NCBI GenBank assembly: GCA_031423255.1
Contig: JANPFD010000042.1
Location: 24,356-88,355, forward strand
DNA: 64,000 bases
From: Myxococcales bacterium
Lineage (GTDB): Bacteria > Myxococcota_A > Polyangia > Fen-1088
Direction of reading: 5' to 3'
The stretch's first letter is position 1, and each line of letters opens with the position of its first letter. Positions 16,801 to 25,208 of this stretch are shown piece by piece. The notes beneath the pieces are model-generated. The model saw only the letters and a program-made list of their open reading frames with translations. It was not told the origin of the DNA and did not search any database. The position numbers and the translations under genes were made by a program.

Positions 16801-19552
16801 CATAGGCCTCGTAAGGCAGGCAGACGAGCGCGAACGCTTCGCGCAGCACCTGCCGCGCCAGAGTCCGCGTGATCTCGCGAAGGTGTCGGGGGAGCGGCAG
16901 CTCGCTGGGGCGCCGCACCAGCTCGGCCGCCGCGGTGAGGAGGCCGGGCAATAAAAGGATCGCGGCCACCGCCAGGATCGAGAACAGCGTCGCGGAGGGA
17001 ATCATGCAGCCCGCCAGGAGCAGCGCCAGCACGGAGACGGGAACCAGGCTCCGGCGCAGATTGTCGAGGACCTTCCACTGCGACAGCAGCGAGATCGCGT
17101 TCGGCCTCGTGGCGGGCTCGGCGCCGCCGCCCGGCACCAGGCCGCGCAACCAGGGCGCGATCTGCCAGTCCCCGCGCATCCATCGGTCGCGGCGGCTGAC
17201 GTCGGCCAGGTAGGCCGTCGGGTAGTCGTCGAAGAGCGTGATGTCGCTGACCAGACCAGCCCGTGCGTGAGCGCCCTCGAGCAGGTCGTGGCTGAGGATG
17301 CGGTTCTCGGGGAACCGCCCTTCGAGGGTCTGCTGGAACGCATCGACGTCGTAGATGCCCTTGCCGACGAACGACCCCTCGTGGAACAGGTCCTGGTACA
17401 CGTCCGAAACGGCGCGGGTGTACGGATCGATCCCCGCCTCGCCCGCGAACAGTCGGGAGAAGCGAGACCGGCCGGCGCTCGCCATCGTGGTGGCGACCCG
17501 CGGCTGAAGGATGGCGTACCCGCAGGTGACGCGGCCGAGCCGATCGTCGTGGCAGGGGCGATTCAACGGGTGCGCGAGCGTGGCGGCGAGCTGGTGCGCG
17601 GAGTCGCGCGGCAGCTGGGTGTCGCTGTCCAGAGCGATGACGTACTTCGTGCCTTGCAGGCGGGCGAGGGCACCGACGATGGTGTCGAAGCCATCCGGCG
17701 TGCCGCGGATCGCCGCGTTGAACTGCTTGAGCTTGCCACGCTTGCGTTCCCACCCCATCCACGTGCCCTGCTGCGGATTCCATTGCCGGGCGCGGTGGAA
17801 CAGGAAGAAAGGCGCGGGATGCTCTGCGGCTCCGTACTTCGCGTTCAGCGCCTCGATGCCCTCGCCGGCCCTTTTCAGGAGGGGGCCGTCGGCTTCCATC
17901 GTCTCGCTCGGGGCGTCGCGGAAGTCGCTGAGCAGCGCGAAGGAAAGGTTCGGATCGCGGTTCGCGAGGAAGCGAATCTCGAGGGACTCCAGCAATCCGT
18001 CGATCTCGATGGCATCGGTGAGCATGACCGGCACCGCCACGACCGTGCTGTGTTCGGGCGGAATGCCCTTCGAGAAATCGAGCCGAGGAAGAACCATCGG
18101 GCGCACCAGCAGTGTCGCCGCCCAGTGGACGATGCCGATGGCGACCTGGCTGGCGCAGACGACGAACACCAGCAGCGACGCGGCAAGACCCAGCCCGTGG
18201 ATTCCACAGCTGGACGCCGCCAGGGCCAGGAGCCCCGTGCCCGCGGCGGTGACGAGGCCGATGAGGCCGAAGTAGACCGCAAGGCGTGCGCGATGGCCGA
18301 GCCGAAGCGGGATGCCGCGCATCCGTGCGGCACGCTCGAGCGGGCGACGGCCTTGGTCCACGAGGAAGTAGCCCACGTGTCCTTTTCGGCGGGCGTGCCC
18401 GTCACCCTGTCCGCCAGCGACGCGCGCGTCGTCGGCGAGCCGGATCGTCATTTGCGCGACCTCGTCCTCGGACAGCGGGCTGCGCTTCGAGATCTCTTCG
18501 ACGACCAGCCGGTAGCGATCCCTCGTGGCAAAGTCCATGTTCGCGTAGGCGCCGCCCGGGTCGGTGCGTAACGTCCGCTCGACCACGCTCATCGCTTCGA
18601 CGAAGTCGCGCCAGTCGGTGGCTCCGAGCAGGCGGAGGCTGGTGATGCTGTTGCCGATGGAGACCTGGTCCGCGGCCTGGCTCTGGCCGACGATCTGGAA
18701 GACGTGCTCGACCGTCTGTCCCTGAGCCGCGAGACGCTGCTCGAGCCACGAGATCGGGAACACGAGGGCGCCGCCTTGCCCCTGCAGGCGGCTGGCGAAC
18801 TCGGCCACGAAGGAGTTGGTCAGCGGCGGACTCGCCTTGACGAGCTCCGCCAGGATCAGCACGACCTTCGCCGGATCGGTCGCGACCTCCAGCATCTGCT
18901 CGACCCAGTACCCTGCCTGCGCCCGGTCATGCCGTCCCGCGGTGACGCTCGCGACCACGCGTCGCAGGTTCTCGAGCAGCGCCAGGCGGAGCATGATCGG
19001 GATCGCCCAGAGCTCCCCCAGCCGCAGCGGCGTCACCGCCTGATAGGACGCGACGAAGGCGCGCAGACCCTCGATGTCCAGCCGCCCGTGGGAGTGCGAG
19101 ATGAGTTCGAGCGCGAGGTCGTACACCCGCGGCGTGCCGGCCTGGGGCGCGTTCGTGAGTCGCGGCAGCTCGCGGTAGTAACCGCGCGGCAGATGCCGGC
19201 GGGTTGTCCGGATCTGCTCCTCGATGAGGTAGTAGTTGTCGATGAACCACTCGGCCGCGGGGGTGATCCGCGTGCCGTGCTTCACCGCCTCGGTGATGAG
19301 GGTGTGCGCCTCGCGGAGTGCGACCTCGTTGGCGGCCAGCCGCGGCAGCAGGTGATCCTCACCCTGGCCGCGGGTGGGACCGATCTTGTGCCAGCCCGCC
19401 AGCGTCCGGGCGTGGTGTTCGAGCTGGGTGACGCTGAAGAGCTCCGCACGCAACGGCGGCTCGTCCGGTCCCACGGCGCCGCTCAGGCCCTCGACGATGC
19501 GCGATCGCACGCGACGGACAGCAAGATCGAGTCTCTCCGCGAGGGAGCTCAC
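10805..19552 (-). CDS. Cyclic beta-1,2-glucan synthase-like giant membrane protein (ChvB/NdvB/Cgs-like glycosyltransferase domain + GH94), 2915 aa
   Basis: Single 8.7 kb frame. Multiple transmembrane clusters flank a GT-A-like domain with a DxD motif (ALDSDTQLPRD). Two GH94-type N-terminal segments (LSNGTYHVVITNSGGGYSRW; FTPDGREYVITTT...). GH94 catalytic hallmark GDWNDGMN near the C-terminus. Size and domain order match known Cgs/NdvB proteins. Confidence 0.75.
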   Translation of the reverse strand: MSSLAERLDLAVRRVRSRIVEGLSGAVGPDEPPLRAELFSVTQLEHHARTLAGWHKIGPTRGQGEDHLLPRLAANEVALREAHTLITEAVKHGTRITPAAEWFIDNYYLIEEQIRTTRRHLPRGYYRELPRLTNAPQAGTPRVYDLALELISHSHGRLDIEGLRAFVASYQAVTPLRLGELWAIPIMLRLALLENLRRVVASVTAGRHDRAQAGYWVEQMLEVATDPAKVVLILAELVKASPPLTNSFVAEFASRLQGQGGALVFPISWLEQRLAAQGQTVEHVFQIVGQSQAADQVSIGNSITSLRLLGATDWRDFVEAMSVVERTLRTDPGGAYANMDFATRDRYRLVVEEISKRSPLSEDEVAQMTIRLADDARVAGGQGDGHARRKGHVGYFLVDQGRRPLERAARMRGIPLRLGHRARLAVYFGLIGLVTAAGTGLLALAASSCGIHGLGLAASLLVFVVCASQVAIGIVHWAATLLVRPMVLPRLDFSKGIPPEHSTVVAVPVMLTDAIEIDGLLESLEIRFLANRDPNLSFALLSDFRDAPSETMEADGPLLKRAGEGIEALNAKYGAAEHPAPFFLFHRARQWNPQQGTWMGWERKRGKLKQFNAAIRGTPDGFDTIVGALARLQGTKYVIALDSDTQLPRDSAHQLAATLAHPLNRPCHDDRLGRVTCGYAILQPRVATTMASAGRSRFSRLFAGEAGIDPYTRAVSDVYQDLFHEGSFVGKGIYDVDAFQQTLEGRFPENRILSHDLLEGAHARAGLVSDITLFDDYPTAYLADVSRRDRWMRGDWQIAPWLRGLVPGGGAEPATRPNAISLLSQWKVLDNLRRSLVPVSVLALLLAGCMIPSATLFSILAVAAILLLPGLLTAAAELVRRPSELPLPRHLREITRTLARQVLREAFALVCLPYEAYVALVAIARTAGRVLFTRRRLLEWRTASDAQRSASTSIAGSYARMWIAPVAAATGGVGLAARSPEMLVVAAPLLVLWMLAPALAWLMSQPLPAPRPRLDAEELTFLRTLARRTWRFFETFVGVEDNYLPPDNYQEDPPQGAAHRTSPTNIGLSLTANLAAYDFGYISAIDVIERTTQTLRSLDKLQRYRGHFYNWYDTRSLEPLRPMYISTVDSGNLAGHLLTLAAGLGEMADHRVFRTEIFAGLGDTLDVIAEVAPSSADFRAELARLRRPLETPPSTLSGARLLLDRLIAGSRDLGRLVASHAGDDLTSWVRAFEAQCGRAFDELTRMAPWVMLRSPVELSGLRETLLRLDQIPTLAETARLEQTLAPALDHELAAQAGHEAETGDRIAWLDELRDAIHAASERASVRLSDLRQLAVRCGELSSLEYDFLYDRDRHLLTIGYNVGDHRCDPSFYDLLASEARLASFVAIAQGKLPQEHWFSLGRLLTTTGDRPALLSWSGSMFEYLMPLLVMPTYDNTILDETYRGVVERQIEYGRECGLPWGVSESGYNKTDADLNYQYRAFGVPGLGFKRGLADDLVIAPYASAMALMVAPEAACANLRRLAREGVLGTYGFYEAVDYTPTRLPRGKDRVVVRSYMAHHQGMTFLSLAYLLLERPMQRRFDSDPAFQATDLLLQERVPRAPTIYPHPAEVSAAGETLVDAGSTLRVYNTPNTAVPAIHLLSNGTYHVVITNSGGGYSRWRDLAVTRWHEDPTRDSWGSFCYLRDVANGAFWSVAHQPSLKRATSYEAIFSQGRAEFRRRDGDIDTHVEISISPEDDIELRRVSLTNRARTARTIELTSFAEVVLTQPAADASHPAFQNLFVQTELVRARQAILCTRRPRSGEERPPWMMHLMTVQGTQVGTTSYETARAEFIGRGRTAADPAAMHREALTDSEGSVLDPVVAIRNTVVIEPDETVRIHMVTGVAENREQALSLVEKYSDRHSADRVFELSWTHSQVVLRQLDVTEAETQLYERLASNVLYANPALRAPRSVIARNRRGQSALWAYSISGDLPIVLVRIADRDNLSLVRQLVKAHAYWRIKGLQTDLVIWNEDTSGYRQTVQEEIMAVVGGPTEASLLDRPGGIFVRRSDQLTEEDKVLMQTVARLIVNDSDGPLVEQMNRRVHVDMPPPLLSGKERRLESPTPVAATLERPDLAAFNGLGGFTPDGREYVITTTRQTRTPAPWVNVLANPWFGTVVSESGGAYTWCENAHGYRLTPWHNDPVSDTSGEAFYVRDEVDGRFWSPTPLPAGGAQPYTTRHGFGYSVFEYADGGIETELRTFVATDAPLKFMAFKVRNRSGRPRRLSLTAFFELVLGSQRSANLPHIVTEVDAGSGGLLARNAYGSEFAARVAFLDCSEGTRSVSGDRTEFLGRNGSTASPACMTRARLSGRVGAGLDACMAMQVPVDLADGQEREIVFTFGSGRDLGDARALLHRFRGTGPASAALENVWSYWSRTLGAVNVQTPDASVNYLANGWLLYQVLASRMWGRSGFYQSGGAFGFRDQLQDAMALVHAEPGILREQILRSAARQFVDGDVQHWWHPPAGRGVRTRISDDYLWLPYALCRYVTALGDSGVLDEKVPFLEGRAVQPDEDSYFDLPVRSEESGTVYQHCVRAIEHGLRFGEHGLPLMGSGDWNDGMNLVGDHGKGESVWLAFFLYDVLLRFSEVARLRNDAGFSDRCVSEAARLRENIERHGWDGEWYRRAYFDSGAPLGSATNPECQIDSLPQSWSVLSGAGSIDRSRQALEALDQRLVRRDLGLISLFDPPFDTSDLKPGYVKGYVPGVRENGGQYTHAAVWAVMAFAQAGDAERAWELFGLINPVRHGDSPAAIATYKVEPYVVAADVYTNPQHAGRGGWTWYTGSAGWMYRLAVESLLGVRLEVDRLRVTPLFPRGWGAFDVHYRYRQTVYHIHVRDLGGPDRAVTRVTCDGVEQPDFTIPLQDDRGEHQAEVEVGAAQR

Positions 19553-19607
19553 CGTGTCACCGAATCTTCACTACCACGGACGCAGTCGCCGAGCGGTGTG
19601 TCTGGCC

Positions 19608-20498
19608 TCACGTCGGCGGCAGGACCCGCTTCGGGGCTGCTTTCAACGTCATAGCCCCTACTTCGTCGCACCACTGTTCGAAGCGTTTCTGCGGCACGCC
19701 CCGCCACTCCAGGTCCGCGATCGTCTCGCGCAGAGGGACCGTATCCACCAACGTGGCCAGCTTCCGGTAAAGCAGCGCATCCTGCCGCCGCTCGTTCAGA
19801 GTCTGGGCCAGCTGCAACGCTCCCCGCGGCTTCACCTTCCACAGATACGGCAAGGTGGGGATGTCCTCCAGTCGCCCGTAGGCACCCACGAGCATCGCAG
19901 CCGTCTTCTCGCCGAACCCTGGCAACCCCGGGATCCCGTCAGCCGTGTCTCCGGTGAGCGCCAGGAAGTCCGGCATGCTCGCAGGGGCGAATCCCCGCGC
20001 CGCACGGAACGCCGCCTCGTCGATCTCCTTTTTTTGGCGCCGGTCGACCTGCACCACGCGACGCCCCTTGATGCACCACCCGAGATCCTTGTCCGGCGTG
20101 AGGATGCGGACTTGCTCGACCTCGCCGGTGAAACGCCGCGCACCCGTCGCCAGCGCGTCGTCGGCCTCGTATTCGTCCATCGACCACACCACGATGCCCA
20201 GGGTCCGCACCGCCTCCTCGACGGCGTCGAACTGCGCACGCAGCTCGGGCGGCACGCCCTCGTCGCTCTTGTAATCCGCGAACAGGTCGTTGCGGAACGA
20301 TCGGATGGGGTTGTCGAAGGCGACGGCGATGTGGGTGACGGCCTCGGCGGCGTCTTTCAACAGCGCCAGCATGGACGACACCAGGCCTACGGTTGCTTTG
20401 GCGTCCTTTCCGCCGGGCGTCCGGTGATCCGGGCGCGGCGAATGGTGGGCTCGGTACAGCTCGTAGGTGCCGTCGACCAGATGAAGCCGCGCGATCAC
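19608..20498 (-). CDS. 5'-3' exonuclease (FEN / Pol I N-terminal domain family)
   Basis: [11 protein letters not shown] (Pol I 5'-exo N-terminus). EADDALAT metal-binding motif. Helix-hairpin-helix [24 protein letters not shown]. The GTG start overlaps the pilin gene stop (GTGA). The longer track ORF from 20747 overlaps the pilin gene. Confidence 0.7.
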   Translation of the reverse strand: MIARLHLVDGTYELYRAHHSPRPDHRTPGGKDAKATVGLVSSMLALLKDAAEAVTHIAVAFDNPIRSFRNDLFADYKSDEGVPPELRAQFDAVEEAVRTLGIVVWSMDEYEADDALATGARRFTGEVEQVRILTPDKDLGWCIKGRRVVQVDRRQKKEIDEAAFRAARGFAPASMPDFLALTGDTADGIPGLPGFGEKTAAMLVGAYGRLEDIPTLPYLWKVKPRGALQLAQTLNERRQDALLYRKLATLVDTVPLRETIADLEWRGVPQKRFEQWCDEVGAMTLKAAPKRVLPPT

Positions 20499-21037
20499 TC
20501 GAAGTCGTTGAGACTGTGCGTGGCGCCCATCGACTCGACGCTGTTGTCCGCGCTGACGCCTCCTTTCTTGAGGAACAGCGACCAGACGGTGTCGCAGTCC
20601 AGGTCGCCGTGGACCTGGACCGTGAAGGTCGAAGCCGTGCCGATCCCCGCCGAGAAGAAGTCGGGCCGGTAGAGGTGCGGCACGGCGATCGTGAACGACA
20701 AAGCCTCCCACTCGTCGCGTTGATACTGCGGGGCTGATCCCGGGCACCGATCGTTCGGGAAGCCACAGCAGTTCGATTCCATGACCGTGTTGGTCGGAAA
20801 CTGGCGCTCGAGAACCGTCCCACTCGGCATGGTGTGATCGGTTTCGTAGTAGGCGGTCGCGCCGCCTATGATCTTGGCCATGTATTCAGGGACCTCGGCG
20901 GTCCGCGAGCGCTTGACGTACCGGCTGAAAGACGGAATGGCGATGGCGGCCAGGAGCCCGATGATGGCGACGACCATCATCAGCTCGACCAGGGTAAATC
21001 CCGCCGAAGCTCCCCGAGGTCTCGCGGCCCAGCTCAA
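20495..21037 (-). CDS. Type IV pilin-like protein (prepilin-type N-terminal cleavage/methylation domain)
   Basis: Short leader followed by G|[24 protein letters not shown], a class III signal with the conserved Glu5. 180 aa, with a Cys pair near the C-terminus. Confidence 0.7.
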   Translation of the reverse strand: MSWAARPRGASAGFTLVELMMVVAIIGLLAAIAIPSFSRYVKRSRTAEVPEYMAKIIGGATAYYETDHTMPSGTVLERQFPTNTVMESNCCGFPNDRCPGSAPQYQRDEWEALSFTIAVPHLYRPDFFSAGIGTASTFTVQVHGDLDCDTVWSLFLKKGGVSADNSVESMGATHSLNDFE

Positions 21038-21097
21038 GGCCAGGATTATCGCTCAGGGAAGGGCTTCGAAGAAGCGCCGTGGAAGCGCCGGTGTATC

Positions 21098-21937
21098 GTG
21101 ACCGCCGTGCGGCTCGATCTCCACTGTCACTCGCGGCACTCCGACGGTACCGACACGGCTGCGGAGGTGGCGCGCAAGGCAGCGGCGGCGGGTGTCGCGC
21201 TGTTCTGCCTGACCGATCATGACACCGACGGTGGCACCTCCGAGGCGATGGCGGTTCTCGAAGGGCGGTCGGTGCTGCGAGGGGCGGAGCTGTCCTGCAG
21301 CCACGCCGGCAGGACCGTTCACCTGCTTCTGCTCGGGATAGGCGAGGGCGAGGGGCGGGCCACCCTGGATGCGGCGATGGCGCAGCTGCGCGACGGACGC
21401 CGCACGCGCATCCATGACATCTGCGAGCGCTTCCTTCGATGGAACATCCGGCTCGACGCCAAGGCGATCCTGGCCGCCGCCGGTGACGCCGCGCCGGGCA
21501 GGCCGCACATCGCCCGCGCGCTGGTCCAGGCCGGCGTGTGCAGCTCCGTGAAGGAGGCGTTCGATCGGTTTCTCAAGGATGGTGGACCGGCGGACGTCAA
21601 GAGTCCGCGCATCGAGGTCGCCGAGGGTGTCGCCCTTGGCCGCGCCGCAGGTGCTCGCGTCGCTCTCGCCCACCCTCACACCGTGGGACATCCCCACGTG
21701 GTCGGGGAGATGTGCAAGCGCCTGAAGCCTTCCGGGCTCGAGGGACTCGAAGCGGTCTACGGCCCGTACGCCGCCCGGGTACGTGCCGATTGGACGGCGT
21801 TCGCCGACGATCTGGGCCTTGTCGTCACCGCAGGCTCGGACTACCACGGCGCCGCCGTGACACCGGAGATCAGCGGGCCCGGGATGGATCTGGACGAGAC
21901 CCGGGCCGGGCGGCTCCGGGATTGGCTGGGGGTGTAG
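21098..21937 (+). CDS. PHP-domain metal-dependent phosphoesterase
   Basis: LDLHCHSRHSDG PHP signature, further His/Asp motifs (LTDHDT, AHPH). A GTG start at 21098 is chosen because the upstream part of the track ORF lies antisense to the pilin gene. Confidence 0.6.
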   Translation: MTAVRLDLHCHSRHSDGTDTAAEVARKAAAAGVALFCLTDHDTDGGTSEAMAVLEGRSVLRGAELSCSHAGRTVHLLLLGIGEGEGRATLDAAMAQLRDGRRTRIHDICERFLRWNIRLDAKAILAAAGDAAPGRPHIARALVQAGVCSSVKEAFDRFLKDGGPADVKSPRIEVAEGVALGRAAGARVALAHPHTVGHPHVVGEMCKRLKPSGLEGLEAVYGPYAARVRADWTAFADDLGLVVTAGSDYHGAAVTPEISGPGMDLDETRAGRLRDWLGV

Positions 21938-23114
21938 GCGGCGTTTGCGACACGGCAGCTTCCTGGAAGGCCTTCCTGAGGTCGGACGTATCGCCGCTGC
22001 CGAAGCCGGTTCGCTGCACGAGCAGGATGAAGTACATCTGGCGCACGGGATCGATCCAGCCCTGCGTGCCGAAGGCCCCACCGTGGCCGTAGGTGCCGGG
22101 CGAGAGCATCCCGGTGACGCCGGTCGGGGCGACGACCAGCTGGAAGCCGAGGCCCATCCCCATGCCGGGCGTGAAGCTGGGCTTGAGGACGTCGGATTGC
22201 ACCTTCAACATCTGACCGATGCTGCCGGGGTCCAGGACTTTGCGGCCGCCGCTCGAGCCACGGTCGAGAAGCATCTGGTACAGCTTCGCCAGGTCGGCAG
22301 CCGTCGAGAAGAGTCCGCCCGCCGGCAAGGGGAACTTCCCGTTCGTGACCTCGCCGAGGAAGCTCTCGGCGGGGGCGAGGTCGTCGTTGTCGCGCTTGTA
22401 CAGGCGGGCAATGCGCGCGGCCTTGTCGGCGGGCGGATAGAAGAACGTGTCCTTCATCCCGAGCGGCTCGAACAGACGCTCGGTCAGGAAACGCTCGTAG
22501 GATTTGCCTGACACCACCTCGATCACGCGGCCGAGCGTGTCGATGCCGGCGTTGCAGTAGCTCCACTTCGATCCCGGCTCGAACTCCAGCGGCCGCTGCG
22601 AGTAGGCGATCACCGCCTCGGCGAGGGTGCGGTTACGCCGGGCATACAGCTCGGCCAGGCCCGGCGGCGGCATGCTGGCCATGCCCGAGGTGTGGGTCAA
22701 AAGATCGCGCAAGGTGATGGGCCGCGCCGGCGGCGTGAGCGTGACCGTGTTGCCCGCGCGGCTCTGCACCAGTTGCTGGCCGCGGAACTCGGGCAGGTGG
22801 CGCTCGACCGGATCGTCGATGGCCAGCTTGCCCTCCTCGGCCAGCATGAGGATGCCCATGGCGGTGATCGGCTTGGTCATCGAGGCGATGCGGAAGATCG
22901 TGTCGGGCTTCATCGGGACCTTGCCCTCCCGATCGGCGAAGCCCACCGCCTCCAGCGAGACCACGCGCCCGCGCTGGCCGACGAGCGTGACCACGCCCGC
23001 CGCCTGCTTGCGCGTCACGAAGTCCTGCATGCTCGCCCGCAGGCGCGACTCCTCTGCGGCGGCGGGAGCCGCGCAGGAGAGCGTGACGAGAACGAAGAAG
23101 ACGGCCCGGATCAC
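21870..23114 (-). CDS. Serine hydrolase of the beta-lactamase (class C / esterase) family, secreted
   Basis: Signal peptide MIRAVFFVLVTLSCAAPAAA. Active-site S-x-x-K motif (IASMTKPITAMG). About 414 aa. Confidence 0.7.
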   Translation of the reverse strand: MIRAVFFVLVTLSCAAPAAAEESRLRASMQDFVTRKQAAGVVTLVGQRGRVVSLEAVGFADREGKVPMKPDTIFRIASMTKPITAMGILMLAEEGKLAIDDPVERHLPEFRGQQLVQSRAGNTVTLTPPARPITLRDLLTHTSGMASMPPPGLAELYARRNRTLAEAVIAYSQRPLEFEPGSKWSYCNAGIDTLGRVIEVVSGKSYERFLTERLFEPLGMKDTFFYPPADKAARIARLYKRDNDDLAPAESFLGEVTNGKFPLPAGGLFSTAADLAKLYQMLLDRGSSGGRKVLDPGSIGQMLKVQSDVLKPSFTPGMGMGLGFQLVVAPTGVTGMLSPGTYGHGGAFGTQGWIDPVRQMYFILLVQRTGFGSGDTSDLRKAFQEAAVSQTPPTPPANPGAARPGSRPDPSRAR

Positions 23115-23788
23115 GAGGCCCCGTACTCGGCGCGGTAGGCGCGGATCTTTTCAACGAGGTTGCCGTCGAGGAGCAAGCGTCCGCCCACCGGTTGCGTCGA
23201 CAGGTGGGCGACGATCTCGTCGAGAGTGACGATCGCGAACGTCTTCATCCCGTAGGTCTCGGCGACCTCGACGAGGGCGCTCCGGGCGCCGGTCCCTCGC
23301 TCCTGGCGGTCGACCGACACGACCAGGCCAGTCAGGACCACGCCGGCCGCCGCGGCTCGAAGCAAGGGCACTGTCTCCCGGATGGATGTTCCGGCCGTCG
23401 TCACGTCCTCGACGATGACCACGCGGTCCCGGTCGCGCGGGGTGTGTCCGATGAGCGTCCCGCCCTCGCCGTGGTCCTTGGCTTCCTTGCGGTTGAAGCA
23501 GAAGGCGACGTCTTGCTTGTGCTCCGTGAAGAGCGACAGCGCCGTGGCGGTGACCAGAGGGATGCCCTTGTAAGCCGGGCCGAACAGGACGTCGAAGGCG
23601 TCCCCGAGCTCGGCCCGGATCGCCTGGGCGTAGAAGGCGCCGAGGCGGGCCAGGTGCGCGCCGGTCCGGTAGCGTCCTGTGTTGATGAAGAACGGTGTCC
23701 GCCGTCCGCTCTTGGTCAGGAAGTCGCCGAAGGTGAGCACCTCGGCGCGGACCATGAACTCGATGAATTCGCGCTTGTAGCTCTCCAT
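23111..23788 (-). CDS. pyrE: Orotate phosphoribosyltransferase
   Basis: FGDFLTKSGRRTPFFIN and the PRPP-binding motif VVIVEDVTTAGTS. 225 aa. 4-nt overlap with the downstream gene. Confidence 0.85.
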   Translation of the reverse strand: MESYKREFIEFMVRAEVLTFGDFLTKSGRRTPFFINTGRYRTGAHLARLGAFYAQAIRAELGDAFDVLFGPAYKGIPLVTATALSLFTEHKQDVAFCFNRKEAKDHGEGGTLIGHTPRDRDRVVIVEDVTTAGTSIRETVPLLRAAAAGVVLTGLVVSVDRQERGTGARSALVEVAETYGMKTFAIVTLDEIVAHLSTQPVGGRLLLDGNLVEKIRAYRAEYGAS

Positions 23789-23825
23789 CTGGCCGAGAGA
23801 TTTACCACGCTTCGGAAAGCCGATT

Positions 23826-24908
23826 GTGGCGTTCGGGCGCCGCCAGACTTACCTTCTGCTCCAGGTGACTTCACCAGAACAGGCCGCGCGGCGATTCTTT
23901 CTCGTGCTGTTCGTCGCCACCGTGGTGTTGCTGGCGCTGGTGGTGCAACCCCTGGCCAGCGCGCTGTTCATGGCCGCCGTCCTCGCCGGGGTGCTCCGGC
24001 CGGTGGAGCGCAGGCTGACGCGGAAGCTCGGCGGCCGGGACCGGCTGTCGGCGAGCCTGCTGACGTTCACCGTCGTGATCCTGCTCGTCGGCCCGCTGGT
24101 GGCCTTCTCGGCGTTCATCGTCAAGGAGGGCAGCGACGGCGTGAAGTTCGTGACCGAGACCGTCCGGGGCAAGAGCGTCACCGGTCTCATCGAGAAGCTC
24201 CCTGCCCCCGTGCGCGGCGCCGCCGAGGACGCGCTGGAGCGGCTGCAGCAGCAAGATATCAGCGGCCAGGGGGGCAAGGCCGCGGCGGCGGTGGGGGCGG
24301 CCGTCGCGGCGACGGGGTCGATGGTGTTCCAGTCGGTGATGATGCTCATCGCGCTGTTCTTCCTCCTGCGACAAGGCGACGAGCTGGTCACCTGGCTGGA
24401 CGGCATCTCCCCGCTGCGTCCCGGTCAGACGCGCGAACTGCTCGCCGAGTTCAAGAGGACGTCGTACGCGGTCATCACCTCGACGGTGATCACCGCCGCG
24501 GTCCAGGCGGCCGCGGCGCTGGTCGGTTACGTCATCGCCCGTGTGCCTCACCCGCTGTTCTTCGCCGGCGTCACCTTCTTCGTCGCGTTCATACCGGCGA
24601 TCGGCGCCGCCACGGTCTGTCTGGCGGCAGCGCTGATCCTTTTCGTCACGGGGCATCCCTACATGGCGGTGTTCCTGGCCGCGTGGGGCCTGCTCGTCGT
24701 CGGCCTGGTGGACAACATCGTCAAGCCGTTCCTGATCAAGGCCGGCATGAAGATGCACGGCGGCCTCGTCTTCTTTGCCCTCATCGGCGGGCTGGGGGCG
24801 TTCGGCACGGTCGGCTTGCTGATAGGACCGCTGGTCGTCGCGCTGTTCCTGGCGCTCGTCCGTATCTACGAGCGGGACTTCCGCCCGCGCGCCGCCGCCG
24901 CCGAGTGA
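23826..24908 (+). CDS. AI-2E family transporter (PerM/UPF0118)
   Basis: About 8 predicted transmembrane segments in a 360-aa protein. Characteristic Gly-rich C-terminal helices (LLVVGLVDNIVKPFLI). Confidence 0.75.
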   Translation: MAFGRRQTYLLLQVTSPEQAARRFFLVLFVATVVLLALVVQPLASALFMAAVLAGVLRPVERRLTRKLGGRDRLSASLLTFTVVILLVGPLVAFSAFIVKEGSDGVKFVTETVRGKSVTGLIEKLPAPVRGAAEDALERLQQQDISGQGGKAAAAVGAAVAATGSMVFQSVMMLIALFFLLRQGDELVTWLDGISPLRPGQTRELLAEFKRTSYAVITSTVITAAVQAAAALVGYVIARVPHPLFFAGVTFFVAFIPAIGAATVCLAAALILFVTGHPYMAVFLAAWGLLVVGLVDNIVKPFLIKAGMKMHGGLVFFALIGGLGAFGTVGLLIGPLVVALFLALVRIYERDFRPRAAAAE

Positions 24909-24966
24909 CGCCCGTCCCGTTGACCCGCGTCGTCGTAGACCCCAAATGTTCTCTCAGGAGGCACAC

Positions 24967-25185
24967 ATGGGCGGCAGCAGGAGAGTTCCGGTAGCGGGTG
25001 CGCGCGCTTCCCTCAAGCGGCTCGTCGAGCGGGTCAAGGAGAAGGGCGAGCGGGTGCGGTTGACCAGATACGGAAAGACCCAGGCCATCATCGTGCCAGT
25101 CGAGGACGTCACGCTTCTCGAGGAGTGTCAGGAGGAGTTGCAGGATTGTGCGAAACGCCGCGCCGTGGGCGGTCGGCGGAAGTAA
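24967..25185 (+). CDS. Phd/YefM-family antitoxin-like protein (no cognate toxin gene follows)
   Basis: ASLKRLVERVKEKGERVRLTRYGKTQAIIVPVEDV is the typical Phd/YefM N-terminal fold motif. AGGAGG ribosome-binding site 7 nt upstream of the ATG at 24967. A TTGACC -35-like hexamer at about 24920. Confidence 0.6.
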   Translation: MGGSRRVPVAGARASLKRLVERVKEKGERVRLTRYGKTQAIIVPVEDVTLLEECQEELQDCAKRRAVGGRRK

Positions 25186-25208
25186 CATCTCGTCAGCACC
25201 GGGATTAG

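Noticed and set aside
12056-17783. Long alternative-frame ORFs (12056..15310 plus strand, 14388..17783 minus strand, 15365..16348, 17267..18571 and others) inside the glucan synthase gene
   Set aside because: They overlap the single 8.7 kb frame that has coherent glycosyltransferase/GH94 motifs. Their composition is Arg/Ala/Gly/Pro-rich and low in complexity.
21870-21937. 68-nt convergent overlap between the PHP phosphoesterase and the beta-lactamase-family gene
   Set aside because: Probably reflects an over-extended low-complexity C-terminus of one gene rather than a real feature. Not reported as a finding.
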